The notes below the pieces were generated by a model that did not search any database, was not told where the DNA came from, and saw only the letters and a program-made list of their open reading frames with translations. Positions 12,256 to 24,143 of a stretch of DNA of 64,000 bases are shown here, piece after piece. Source of the stretch: Felis catus (Eukaryota); assembly GCF_018350175.1 (NCBI RefSeq), contig NC_058382.1, positions 53,384,001 through 53,448,000 on the forward strand, in the 5' to 3' direction. The position numbers and the translations under genes were made by a program. Position 1 is the stretch's first letter, and each line of letters begins with the position of its first letter.

Positions 12256-14989
12256 GGAGCCAGGGTCTGAGGTCGGGAGACACGGGTTGCATCAAAATAA
12301 AATCTGGATGCAAGCTTCGTGAGCTAACGGCATAATAAAGGGTGAAGGATGTTGAGTGAGAAGCGCCAATGAGCAAGTTCCAAGTGTGTGAGAGGTTGAT
12401 GGCCACGGTGCATGCACACTGAGCGTCTGGGGGGCCTTGACTTTCACTCAGCGATAGATGCATTTCCCCAAGCTAGGGACAGCTGCTTAAAGGAACAGCA
12501 TAGCCTGCTATTCCTGCTGCTGGTTTTAGGAGAAGAGTGAGACCCACTGGGGACTGAGGCAACGGTTCCCATGACAATGGGAACGCGACCCCAAACCAAA
12601 GCTCCCAGAAGCTCTGCAAGCAAGGCTCTGACGATGGGGAGCCTCAGACCTTGTCCCAGAAGAAGGTCATTCTGACTCCAGACCGAGCTGCTCCACTTGG
12701 ACGGCATCCCCGCTATCCAAAAAGCCCCGCGGGCCAACGGGCAGCGGCATCGGCGGCATCAATGGCAATGAAATGAATAATTACATATTTCCTTCTATGC
12801 TCGTTGTTGGGGGCTGAGAGAAAGGGCCACAAATAGGGCTCCAGGAAGGAAGCTCATGAGGGAAAACTGGACCAAAGCTGAGCAATGACTGGGGGTGGGG
12901 TGGGGGGGGTTCCATTACTGCAATTAGCACACTGTATAAACAGCACTTACGGGCTCTATCTGGGAGTTTGTGGTAATCCATCTGAAATAGACAACTATTT
13001 TATGCAGGGAGGAATGAGGGGGACTATTTCCAAGTCAATTTAATAGTCTAGTCTGCAAACAATCCCCTTCCTCCTTGTTCACGCTCTCCCCTTCTCTCCC
13101 CTTCTTGGCTCAGAGCCGCGTCCCCTCCTCACAGCTGTGCTCACTTGAATGGTAAATCAAGCCCCCTAAAAACCTGGCATGTGGAAATCTTTCAGCATCC
13201 TCGGGCTGTCTTTATCCCACGGTGGGGTTTTGCTGGGCTTCTCCTGTCTCGCTCACAGACAATCAGAACTGGACTTGTCCTCTCCTCTGCGACCTTCTGT
13301 CTTGCAAACAGGAGCATGGGTTTGCAGTAGGGGAAGGTGTCTCTGTAAGGAGTGAAGAGGTCCCAGGAGCTTCTGACCGACACCTTCCTGATTCTTCTCA
13401 TGCTTCTGAGGGCCTGCCAGGGTGCGTGTTTGTGTGCAGCTCCCAAATCTCTTTCTCTCGAGAAACCCGGCTGAGGGTACGATTTTGTCATCCAGCTGGT
13501 CTCTGGGTAAAGCAATTTGGCTCAGAGCTGGGGAAATTCCAATTACCAGACTTTAGAAACTGAAATATTTTATACCTTTTTCTAGCAACCTATTCTGTCT
13601 CTCTGTCTCGCTCGTCTACCCTCCCTTCCACCATCCCCTCTCTCTCTTTTCTGTTTTGGCTCTTTGGGCAGAAATAGCCAAATATTGTCATGAAGACATG
13701 TTAACCAAGTTAAAAAATATATATAACCTTGGCAGTATAAGTAGAACAGGGGCATGGTTTCCCTGATCTGTCCCCCATCTTTGTGTCTAGGTAATTTGGG
13801 GTTATACACATTTTCTTTATAGAGATTTCAAAACGTTGAAAACGAATGCCCGAATTTTGACCCATTCATTGTTAGCAACTCAAAGGATTTTTCTGGAGCA
13901 CCAAAATGCCACATAGAGAGTGGTGGTAAAGATGGAAATTGTTGTGACAGTCAAATCCAGCCCCAAACATTGCCAAATGTCTCCTGGGCGGGGGGGCACG
14001 GCGACCCCTGGTCGACAACCTCTGTCATCACGGAATGAATTTTTACAGCAATTCTACAAGTTCAAGGTTTCACTTCAGAGTAGTGAATTGTCTTGCCTGA
14101 GACCACCCAGGCTTTAAGAGTCTAGGTTTAAGTTCCTATCTCAGGCTCTTTCCAGAGCTGTGCAGCTGCCTGCCCCACGGACTGTTTCCGAAAATTCCAC
14201 ATGGCCTGATGTGGGGGCGGCCCATCCTGGGTGCTGCCTAATGGACACAGCCCAGTAGAGCTCCATTTCTCAGCGCACAGAGGGCTTCTAGATCTGGCTG
14301 CAAAAAAAGAACAACACCGTCTCTGTTATGAAGAAACCCACAGCTTGGGGAAAAAAAAAAAAAAGCAGGGACACGTCTGATTCATCAGGATGACTCATAC
14401 CTGGGATCACTTCGCCTCGACTCGGCTTCCCGTGGCCTGTCGCGACTTGTGAAGGGCCACGGTGAGTTGAGGGAAGAAAAGTCCCTTTTGCATGTTGGGG
14501 ATGGATCCACCCGTCTGGGTGCAGAGACAGCTCGGGGCAGCCATCAAGATAACTTTATGGGGGACGCAGAATCAAACTGCAGGGAATCCAGCGTGCAGCG
14601 CCTGGGAGGTCCTTAGAAGTTTCCAAACCCGTCCTGGCCAGCCCAGTGTGCCCCTCCGTGGATAGCTCACGAACCTGGAGCAGTGGCCAGCTACAGCGTG
14701 CAGGGGAAGGTATTCAATAATTTCTTAGCAAGACCGGAGCTCGGGGGGGAAACGGATCTTCAGGTGCGGATACGGTGGTGATCATCCTGGCGAATGCACC
14801 AAGCTGCGGAGTTCATCCCTTTACATATAAACCCTTGTCACCACCGTGATTACATCAGGCCTCTGGGAAGCCATGTGCGCGGCCCTCTATTATCTGTTGA
14901 TAGATTACTTGGTAATCACACTCATGTCGTTTTCTTGAGGACAAGAGGGTGTAATCTTCCTGCTTCGTGGGTCTCCCATTTCTCGGTGC

Positions 14990-15370
14990 GCAGCTAATCC
15001 CCATCCGGCTCGCTGAGTGACTGGGTTGACAGAGGAGCCGGTGAATTTCCACCAACCCCATTAGGGGTCTTTGTGCCCCTCCAGCAGACGGTTGCCCAAA
15101 TTCCACCCATTAAAAAAAAGAATGGGCTAATTAAGCCTGCCAGCCTAATTTTGTGCTTTCTAATTTTGCCCTTTAAATGCATCATAATTATCAGATGCAA
15201 AATACATTTTCAAATGCAGAGCCACTGACGGGTGTATTTTTAAATGTGCAGGGCTAAGACGGGAGTTAGCAAAGAAGCAGGCAGTATTTTTAACTTGCAT
15301 CGGGGCAGGAAAAGGCCATTGCCTCACCGATTCCTGCCAGTGTGTTTGGAATGAAAACGGCACTTATCCC
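14990..15370. promoter_or_regulatory. Candidate conserved non-coding enhancer (homeodomain/POU motif cluster)
   Basis: Repeat-free; ctaatcc, ctaattaag, ctaattt x2, cataattat, atgcaaaat; conservation not verifiable here. Confidence 0.35.
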
Positions 15371-16239
15371 TGTGTTACTGAAATGGATGTGACTGTAGTG
15401 CTGTGCCCCGCAATGCTGCTGGGTGCCATGTCCTTTGGGGTGCACTTGGACAAGTGTGGGGGGGTGGTCACAGCTCTGGGACTCTGGGCTTCACATTAGG
15501 GCATGGGGTACATGCCTCCCCAGACACTGCAGAAGTGAGGGTTGATACAGGCACGGATTTGGAAGAGCAAGCCCTTTCACCTTGTTATTATCTTAACAGC
15601 TTTTTGTTGTTTTTCTTTGTTATTGACCAAAGCGTGCACCTAAAACCTTTGGTTCCTGCAGCTTTTGGCCCGAAATAATTTTCCTTCTTCCCAGTCTACC
15701 CTAAGAGGCATGGCATAATTCTATTCAAAATGAATGCTGAAAACAAAAAGCGTCATAAATAATTACATATCATATTACATTTAAAAGATACAGCAATTCT
15801 ATTCAGTGTATCCAACCCCTATTAAGTTGTACTATATAAAGCAGTGTAATATAATGCATTTCAATGGGTCTAGCATAAAAAATAAACACAAAACAGCCAT
15901 ACTAGCACATTAGCTTGGGACTCAGTACCATGGAGCTTTCCCCTCTGAGTTTATCGCCCCCATTTCATAAAGCCCTTCTATTTACAGATGGGGAAACTGA
16001 GGCGCAGAGAGTTTGCACGGGAGAAGCAGGGTGGGAACAATTCTTCTCCCGTTCCCCTTCGGGACAGAGAACATTGCAACCCCTCTGGGTGGACCCACTA
16101 TTCCTTGGATCCCGACGAATGTTCCCAGGGCGTGCTGGCATCTGGCTGCAGGGTCGTGACTGTGAGAACAGCATCTTCCCGCAAGACTCTGCCAACAGGG
16201 CTCTGGACGCTACCGGGCTCCTTCCGGAAATGCCTTCTA

Positions 16240-16960
16240 AATAGGCATGACAAAATGGATGAGACGAATGTCCACAGCAGCACTATTCATAACTACCAAA
16301 AGGTGGAAAAAGCTCAAATGTTGATCAACTGGCGAAGAGGTAAACACGTTGGTGTTGTTTCCATGCAGCGGAACGTTCTTCGGCCGTAAAGAAAAGAACG
16401 AAGCCCTGATACGTGGTACAACACGGAGGGGCCTTGACAACACCACGCTGAGCGGAGGAAGCCAGACACAAAAAGTCACATTTTGGAGGTCCAGAAGAGG
16501 CACATCCATACAGAAAGGAAGTAGATTAGTGGTTCTAGGGGCTCGGGGTAGGGAAATGAGGAGTTACGGTTTGTAGGCATGGAATTCCTCTTTGGAGATG
16601 ACGAAAATTTTCTGAAATTAGTGAGTGGTGATAGCTTCTCAGCCTCGTGAATATACTAAGAACCACGCACTGTATCTTTTTTTTTTTTAATTTTTTTTTC
16701 AACGTTTTTTATTTATTTTTGGGACAGAGCGAGACAGAGCATGAACGGGGGAGGGGCAGAGAGAGAAGGAGACACAGAATCGGAAACAGGCTCCAGGCTC
16801 CGAGCCATCAGCCCAGAGCCCGACGCGGGACTCGAACTCACGGACCGCGAGATCGTGACCTGGCTGAAGTCGGACGCTTAACCGACTGTGCCACCCAGGC
16901 GCCCCCGCACTGTATCTTTTAAAGGGTGAATTTTATGGTATGTGAATTATGTTTCTATAA
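16240..16960 (+). mobile_element. Ancient L1M 3' end, split by a young SINE
   Basis: cagcagcactattcataac...gaagccagacacaaaaag...gtagattagtggtt...ttttaaagggtgaattttatggtatgtgaattat. Confidence 0.85.
16681..16905 (-). mobile_element. Very young felid SINEC_Fc
   Basis: CpG-intact body, long tail, perfect 15-bp TSD cgcactgtatctttt at 16666-16680 and 16906-16920. Confidence 0.98.
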
Positions 16961-17229
16961 AAAAAAACGGGTTACGTTATAAAATTAAGAGCCAAGATGG
17001 ATTACCATTTTGCCTCTGTGGTTCCCGCAGAAATGGAAACCACGCGGTAGCTTCCACGCTGCTTTAGTGGTTTCTGAGGTCCTTTCTGAGCACCGTCCAT
17101 GGGTCCGCCAGCATCGGATGAGGGCCCACCGGAGGGAAGAACCACAGTGATCATCCAGGCTCGAGAAAGGCAGAGCTCGTGTTGAGGTCACAAAGGCCAA
17201 TGTGAGAAATTCAATCAGAGCAGAAATGC

Positions 17230-17460
17230 ATTGCCCTTGAAGCTAGAAGACCTGAATTCAAATCCTGACCATGCCACTCGGAGCTGTGTGACCCTGGGTA
17301 GATCACTTAAACCCTCTGTGCTTAGAGGACCTCGTCTATAAACTGAAGATACTGATAACACCTCCCTTGAGGAATTCTTATGGGGATTAAATAATGAATC
17401 GCTATTTGTAAAGGGCTAAAACAGGGTCCTGCGCTATGTGAGCACTACGTGTATCTTTAT
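17230..17460 (+). mobile_element. MIR
   Basis: agacctgaattcaaatcctgac...gctgtgtgaccctgggtagatcacttaaccctctgtg...ctcgtctataaa. Confidence 0.8.
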
Positions 17461-17477
17461 TAAGATAATTTTGCAGG

Positions 17478-17920
17478 TGCATTAACTTCCTTTTGCCACT
17501 CTAATGACTTACGGCAAACTGAGCAGCTTAAAACCACACACATTTTATTATCTGCCAGATTTGGAGGTCAGCCGTTCCAGGAGTTCTGGAAGTTGAAATG
17601 GGTCTATGGGGCTAAAGCAAATGAGTCGGCAGGGCTACAGTCTGGAGGGTCTCAGGGAGAATCCGTTCCTTCCCTCTTTCAGCTTCTAGAGGCTGTCTGA
17701 ATTCCTTGGCTTGTTGCTGTGGGTCACTCTGACCTCTGCTCCTTTGTCACATCTTTGACTCGGCCCTGCTTGCCTCCCTCTTGTGAGCACCCTTGTGGTT
17801 ACACTGGATCAACATGGATAATCCAGGACAAGGAAATCTGCAATATTGAATCTACATATTCACAGGTTCCGGGGTTACAATGTGGACATCTTTGGAGGGG
17901 GGGCATCCACCTGCCACAAG
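17478..17920 (-). mobile_element. MLT1C-like MaLR solo LTR
   Basis: gcagcttaaaacc...ggagaatccgttcctt...cagcttctagaggctg...ggataatccagga...ttcacaggttccgggg...tggacatctttggagg. Confidence 0.85.
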
Positions 17921-18304
17921 AATATATTAATTTATCATACAGGTGGTTGAGCTACATACGCTTAATCAGGGGGTTAGGAAATACTTGAGACGCTCTGAGA
18001 TTTCTATTTAATTCAAATACACCAAAGGGTCCGGGATCTGAGGGAGGCTGGGCCGGCTCCCTAAGGCTTAATCCCCATCATTCTAGTTGCTCTGACGTCA
18101 GTGCAGGGGAGGCAGGCATTGTTCCTCCTGCAGGTACCCTCTGACCAAGAGTCCTGGTGCTCTCTGTTCCCCGTGCCTGAACACAGTTCCTCGAAACTTT
18201 CTTCATGAGTTGGCTCAGGTGTCACCTTCTCAGGCTCACTCTGACCATCCTATTTAAAAGTGCGACCCACTCGAACCTAGCCTTCTAAAGATTCCTCCCC
18301 TCCG

Positions 18305-18812
18305 CACCCCCCCCCGCCCATGATCCCTGCCTCCTAGGATTCACACCTTGGTGCAATTCTCTCCCCTCGAGGCTGGGCCTAGATTTTAATGAACAGAATA
18401 TAACAAAAATGATTGGCTATCCCTTATGGATTACCAAAGCCCATGACTTCCATCTGCCACTCTCTTTTGCTCTTCCGTTTGCTTGATCTAATGAAGCCGG
18501 CTGCCATGTAGTGAGCTATCCTATGGAGAGGTCCACATGGCAAGGAACTGAGCGTGGCTTCTGGCCAACAACCCACAAGGAACTGAGTCCTGCCAACAGC
18601 CAGGTAAGTAAGCTTGGACGTGGCTCCCACTCTCGCCGTGCGTTGGGCTCACTACAGCCCCAGCGGACGTCTCGACTATAGGCTTCTGAGAGGTTGCGAA
18701 ACTGAGGACCCAGCGAAGCCATGTTGGATTCCTGAGAAACTATGAGGTCATGAATGTTGCTTGGAATTGGAATGTTTTGGGGTGATTTTTGTAGTAACAG
18801 ATAACTAATATA
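18305..18812 (+). mobile_element. MLT1E/F-like MaLR solo LTR
   Basis: atgatccctgcctcct...tgaagccggctgccatg...ggagaggtccacatggcaaggaactgag...ttttggggtgatttt...cagataactaata. Confidence 0.85.
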
Positions 18813-20627
18813 ATAGTCGACATCAATCGGAGGCCGGCAGGCAGCACGCCAGATATATTTTGCACATAACCGTATTTGTCCTTTACAATTGGTACTATTA
18901 TTTGCCCATTTTAAAGATGGGAAAGCTGAGGCTCTGTATAATTGGGGCTTGACCAGCATCCCCGAGCTGGTAAGCAGAAGAGTCAGGTGAAAATGACCCA
19001 TGTTGTTTTTTATCAGCTGCATGGACGGAGTTCAGCCTGTGCTTGGGGAATAGTGCAATTTCCTGTGGATTAATGTGGGAATCAGATAAATATTTGGTGG
19101 AAGCCTCCATACGGAGAACTCTCTCCTTGGAGTTGCCCACAGCCTCCTCTCATGAGCAACTCTCCCCGGCCTAGTACCGTACCCATGTAAGAACTAACCA
19201 AGGAAGACTGCATTTTCTGGGCATTTTCCTGGGAATCTTACATCAGGCCTTCGATGTAGTTGGCAAGGGCCGGGAACGGGCGCTTCAGATGCCCATCTTC
19301 TCTCCCGAAGCCATCTAGAGGGTGAGAGTGAAAGTCTACCCTGACTTGGGGGTCTATAGGAGGTGTGTTTTCCCCAGGAGAGACCTTTAAGAGCCCCTGG
19401 AAGCAAGCTAAGGAGGAAGAGAACCAAGAGAGTTCTTTTCTGCCTAAATTTATGCAAATCAGCGGTTTGTCCTCTAAACGTGATTTTTATCTCCGTTTCC
19501 TTTTGCAGCTGATTGAGCGATCGGAAGCAAGCACTGCAGTTGTGACCCCCATCTGAACTCTGCCCCTCTGAAAACCCATTTGCTTCTGCAAAACCTTGCT
19601 ACCTTGAGCCCACCACTGTTTTCCAGGGGAGGATCCCAAGGGTCCCAGTCTGAATCTCCCACCCTGTTGTGAGAATCCTACTTTGCACTGAAACTGACTT
19701 CCATTCACTAACTGAGACATTCTTGGAGGTAGAAGGCAGAGGCCACTCTCCTTAGCCCTCTGGGAAATGAAGCACACGGCCGATCAGGTTGGTTTTCATC
19801 TGCACAGAGTCAGGATGTTGACATCTGCAAGGTTTGGGTGAACACCAAGTTCAACGGTCTCATGTTACAGACAAGAAACTGAGGCCAGAGAGAGGAAGGG
19901 ATTTGCCTACGGTGACCTAGTTGGCTGGGCAAAGGGCATATCTTGAGGGCTGCAGACACGTAAGGATTGGGACATCCTGGTACAAAGCTCAGAAGGCTCC
20001 TTCCACCAAGCCAGTGATTGTATAGCAGTTAAAAGGGGTTCTTCGGTTCTCCGGCACTTTATCAATGTTATCTCCATCTTTACAAAAAAGTCCAAGTCCA
20101 CAGTGGTTTCTTTATTTTTTTTTTTAAAGAAGTTACTGACCTAGTTAAAGGATCTGATGAAATACGAAACTCTTTCCTTCGTAAAAAAAAAAAAATACAA
20201 TATGCCAAAAATTATATTACGTTTTAAGGACTCTTTGAAGGCTCATGGATTCCAGGCTGAAAGCACCTGCTTTTAAGTTTGGTTATTTTTCCCACAGAGC
20301 ACACGGGAAAACTGAAATTCAGAGAAGGTATGTGCTATGCTCATGCCTAGTGTGGTGATGTACGCCCTTACACAGAGATTGGCTGAACTCCAAAACTCAA
20401 GTTGGTTCATTCCCCCAGATTACACTGAGATGAAATACCACGGATTCTGGAAAACAAGTATTCACTCATTCTTTACCAATCAGTATGTTGTTGTTAAAGC
20501 CTCTACCGAGTGCCTGGCATTGGAATAAGAAATGGCACCTTGGAACTTACGCAAAGTTTGGCATAGCTGGCTTTCCTCTCTGCAAGAGAGAGCCTGCTAC
20601 TGGGAACTCATGGCCGGCCTTCCCAAG

Positions 20628-20667
20628 ATGTGTGTGTGTGTGTGTGTGTGTGTGTATGCGTGTGTGT
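20628..20667. repeat. (TG)n microsatellite, interrupted
   Basis: Direct reading. Confidence 0.95.
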
Positions 20668-21774
20668 ATTTTATAAGAGTAGATGTGCAGCAGTCCCCAG
20701 CGAAGGAGATGGGATGGACACCCTACAGAGGGCTTCACGGGTTGAACAGAGCGGAGACTAAGGAGCAAACTCAACCAGGAACCAAATGCGTTCCATCGAA
20801 GTTGACATGCAGTGTGTCTAGATCCGACGGGAGCATTCCATCCTGTTATTTTTAGGATTAAGACTTTAGGCTTTATATCAGAATGACGCTATATGGCTTG
20901 ATAGGCTCCTTGTCCTGCCTTCTTTAGAGGTGCTGGGGCTGGAAGCCACATGTCCCCTGGATGGCCCTTTCCACCATGGTCACGGGGATCCAAGTGATGT
21001 CTGGTTAAAGTAAAGGGAAAAGAATCAGCGGTGGCAGTGGGGGTCACCAGGAGGAGACTCAGTCTGGTAAATGAAAGAGACAGTTTAGATCAGAGCCAGT
21101 TGGCTGGCCCGGTTTGTATAGTTGATGCTGGGTAATTGTCTTCACTGTGATTTTTGCCTAACTGAGTGACTTCTCCCCAGGCTCCGTAATAGCCTGAGTT
21201 TCTCCTGAATCTGGTCCCAGGATACTTTCCCTGATTTCTGGCTATTAGGTTTTCCTCTACCTGTCCTCTAAGCTGCTGAATCGCATTTAGAGACTTTCTA
21301 GTAGTCTAAAGATGTCCTAAAAGACTTCCTTCTAGCTAGTCCAGCTCTGTGCTGGCCTCCATGGAGCTGGATCTCTGGAAATCATCCCCCTTGGAGAAGT
21401 ACCATCAGAAGAGGCTGTGGGGGGTGGGGCATGGAGCAGGTATAGTTGTGGAAAAGGGCACAGGAGGCTGACTGAGGTCCAGTGGTCAATTCGTCGATGG
21501 TCTTAAAGCAAGAAGAGAGCAAGGTGGAAGTAATCCTCAGCAGTCCCCTTGGATTTGGTCACTCAGGGAAACTCCCCACTCTCCTATAGAGTGAGTCCCT
21601 TGAGTTCCAATCCTGTCTCGGCCACCAAGTCTGTGTGATATTAAACAGGTCCCTTCTCCTTTTGGGGACTCAAGTTTCTCCATCTATACCGCGGGTGGGA
21701 CCACATGCTTTCCCCAGGTCTTTCTGCCCGCTCCCCCCAAATCTAGACTTTTCTGTTTGAGATTTGAGAAAACA

Positions 21775-22133
21775 TCCAAAATGAGTTTCTTTAGTGGAGG
21801 TGTAATTTACATACAGCGAAACGCTCTTGACTGTACTGTTGAGTCACTTTTGACAAACACATACACTTGTGTAACTTCACTGACCCCAACCGGGACACAG
21901 AATGTTTCCATCCCCACAAAAAGTTCCCTTGTCCTGTTTTCCAGTCAATTCTTTACCTCAGAGGCAACCACGGATCTGATTTCTATCACTGTAGGTTAGT
22001 TTTGCATATTCTAGAATTTCATATAAATGGAATTATACAGTATGTACTTTTGGGTCTGACTTCACTCAGCACATTATTTTTGAAATTCATCTACATTGTT
22101 GTACGTAGTTTATTCCGCCCTTTTGTTTCTTTT

Positions 22134-22199
<66 letters not shown>

Positions 22200-22640
22200 T
22201 TTCCTTTCCTTTCCTTTCCTTTCCTTTCCTTTCCTTTCCTTTCCTTTCCTTTCCTTTCCTTTCCTTTCCTTTTTGCTGAGTAATATTCTATTATATGAAT
22301 ATATTACAGTTAGTTAATCCATTTTCCAGTTGATGGACATTTGCTCTTTTCCCAGCATTTGGCTGTTACGAGTAAAGGTACCAAGAACGTTTGTTCATAC
22401 ACAAGTCTTTTTTTGTGGATCTGTTTTTATTTTTCTCGGACAAACATCTAGGAATAGAATTGCTGTGTCATTAGGCAGGTGTGCATGTAACTTTTTAAGA
22501 AACTGTTCAACAGTTTTCCCGAGTGGTTTTTACCCTTTTATATTCCCACCAGTAATTCATGAGCGTTCTGGTGGCCCCACCATCTCTCCATCATTTGATG
22601 GTATCCTTCTTCCCCTCCTTAGACATTCTAGGGAGTATAT
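21775..22640 (-). mobile_element. Ancient L1M 3' end
   Basis: ttctagaatttcatataaatggaattatacagtatgtac...ttcactcagcac...gttgatggacatttg...taggaatagaattgctg. Confidence 0.85.
22128..22272. repeat. Compound (TTTC)n(TTTCC)n polypyrimidine repeat inside L1
   Basis: Direct reading. Confidence 0.97.
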
Positions 22641-22776
22641 CATGGCTCACAATGATTTTTACACTCATTTTTATTTATTTTCTTGTTTCATTTTACCACT
22701 GAGCCAAAAGCAAATTGTTATCAGGACCCTGCTAAAGAATCAAAGATACTTTGAATGATTATTAAATATCCACATT

Positions 22777-23203
22777 TTTTTCTGTTAAATTCAGTCTTTA
22801 ATTTCTTTTTTTATTTTCCTTTTCTAAAATTTTTAAAATTGTATTTTTTAAATTTACCTCCAAGTTAGTTAGCATATAGTGCAACAAGGATTTCAGGAGT
22901 AGATTCCTTAATGCCCCTTCCCCATTTAACTCATCCCCCCTCCCACAACCCCTCCAGGAACCCTCTGTTCTCCATATTTAAGAGTCTCTTATGTTCTTTC
23001 CCCCTCCCTGTTTTTATATTATTTTTGCTTCCCTTCCCTTATGTTCATCCGTTCTATGTCTTAAAATCCTCATATGAGTGAGGTCATATGATTTTTTTCT
23101 TTCTCCGACTGACTAATTTCACTTAGCATAATACCCTCTAGTTCCATCCATATAGTTGCAAATGGCAAGATTTCATTCTTTTTGATTGCTGAGTAATACT
23201 CCA

Positions 23204-23237
<34 letters not shown>

Positions 23238-23250
23238 GTGTGTGTGTGTG

Positions 23251-23281
<31 letters not shown>

Positions 23282-23965
23282 CACATCTTCTTTATCCATT
23301 CATCTATCATTGGACACTTGGGCTCTTTCCATACTTTGGCTATTGTTGATAGTGCTGCTATAAACATGGGGGGTGCATGTGTCCCTTTGAAACAGCACAC
23401 CTGTATCCCCTGGATGAATGCCTAGTAGTGCAACTGCTGGGTCGTAGGGTAGTTCTAATTCTAATTTTTTTGAGGAGCCTCCATACTGTTTCCCAGAGTG
23501 GCTGCACCAGTTTGCATTCCCACCAGCAGTGCAAAAGAGAGCCTCTTTCTCCGCACCCTCCCCAACATCTGTTGTTGCGTGAGTTGTTAATGTCAGCCAT
23601 TCTGACAGGGCTGAGGTGATATCTCATTGTGGTTTTGATTTGTATTTCCCTGGTGATGAGTGATGTTGAGCATTTTTTCATGTGTCGGTTGGCCATCTGG
23701 ATGTCTTCTTTGGAGAAGTGTCTATTCATGTCTTTTGCTCATTTCTTCACTGGATTATTTGTGTTTTGGGTATTGAATTTGATAAGCTCTTTATAGATTT
23801 TGGATAATAACCCTTTATCTGATAATGTCATTTGCAAATATCTTCTCCCATTCTGTTGGTTGCCTTTTAGTTTTGCTGATTGTTTCCTTTGCTGTGAAGA
23901 AGGTTTTATTTGCATGAGGTCCCAATAGCTCATTTTTGCTTTTGTTTCCCTTGCCTCCGGAGACG
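22777..23965 (-). mobile_element. 5'-truncated carnivore/felid LINE-1 (ORF2 C-terminus + 3'UTR), frameshifted
   Basis: ORF track gives [23 protein letters not shown]...RCW..CGE...[13 protein letters not shown] and MFIAAL...WKEPKCP..DEWIKKMW, the L1 ORF2 cysteine-rich C-terminal region, split over frames. Confidence 0.97.
23205..23281. repeat. (TG)nTATA(CA)n palindromic microsatellite inside L1
   Basis: Direct reading; symmetry centre 23252/23253. Confidence 0.95.
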
Positions 23966-24143
23966 TTATTTTGGGGAGAGTGCAAGCAGGGGAGTGGCAG
24001 AGAAAGGGGGCCAGATCTGAAGTAGGCTCCGCACTGACAGGCTGACAGCAGCGAGCCTAACGTGGGGCTCGAACTCATGAACTGTGAGATCATGACCTGA
24101 GCTGAAGTCGAATGCTCAACCGACTGAGCCACCCAGGGGCCCC
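23966..24143 (-). mobile_element. CanSINE with no free tail, joined to the L1 5' truncation point
   Basis: Minus strand reads ggggcccctgggtggctcagtcggttgagc...ctctccccaaaataa and then directly L1 cgtctccggaggcaagggaaac. Confidence 0.93.

Noticed and set aside
23070..23965. Functional L1 ORF2 or domesticated gene
   Set aside because: Only the C-terminal part is present, with frameshifts and a microsatellite insertion.
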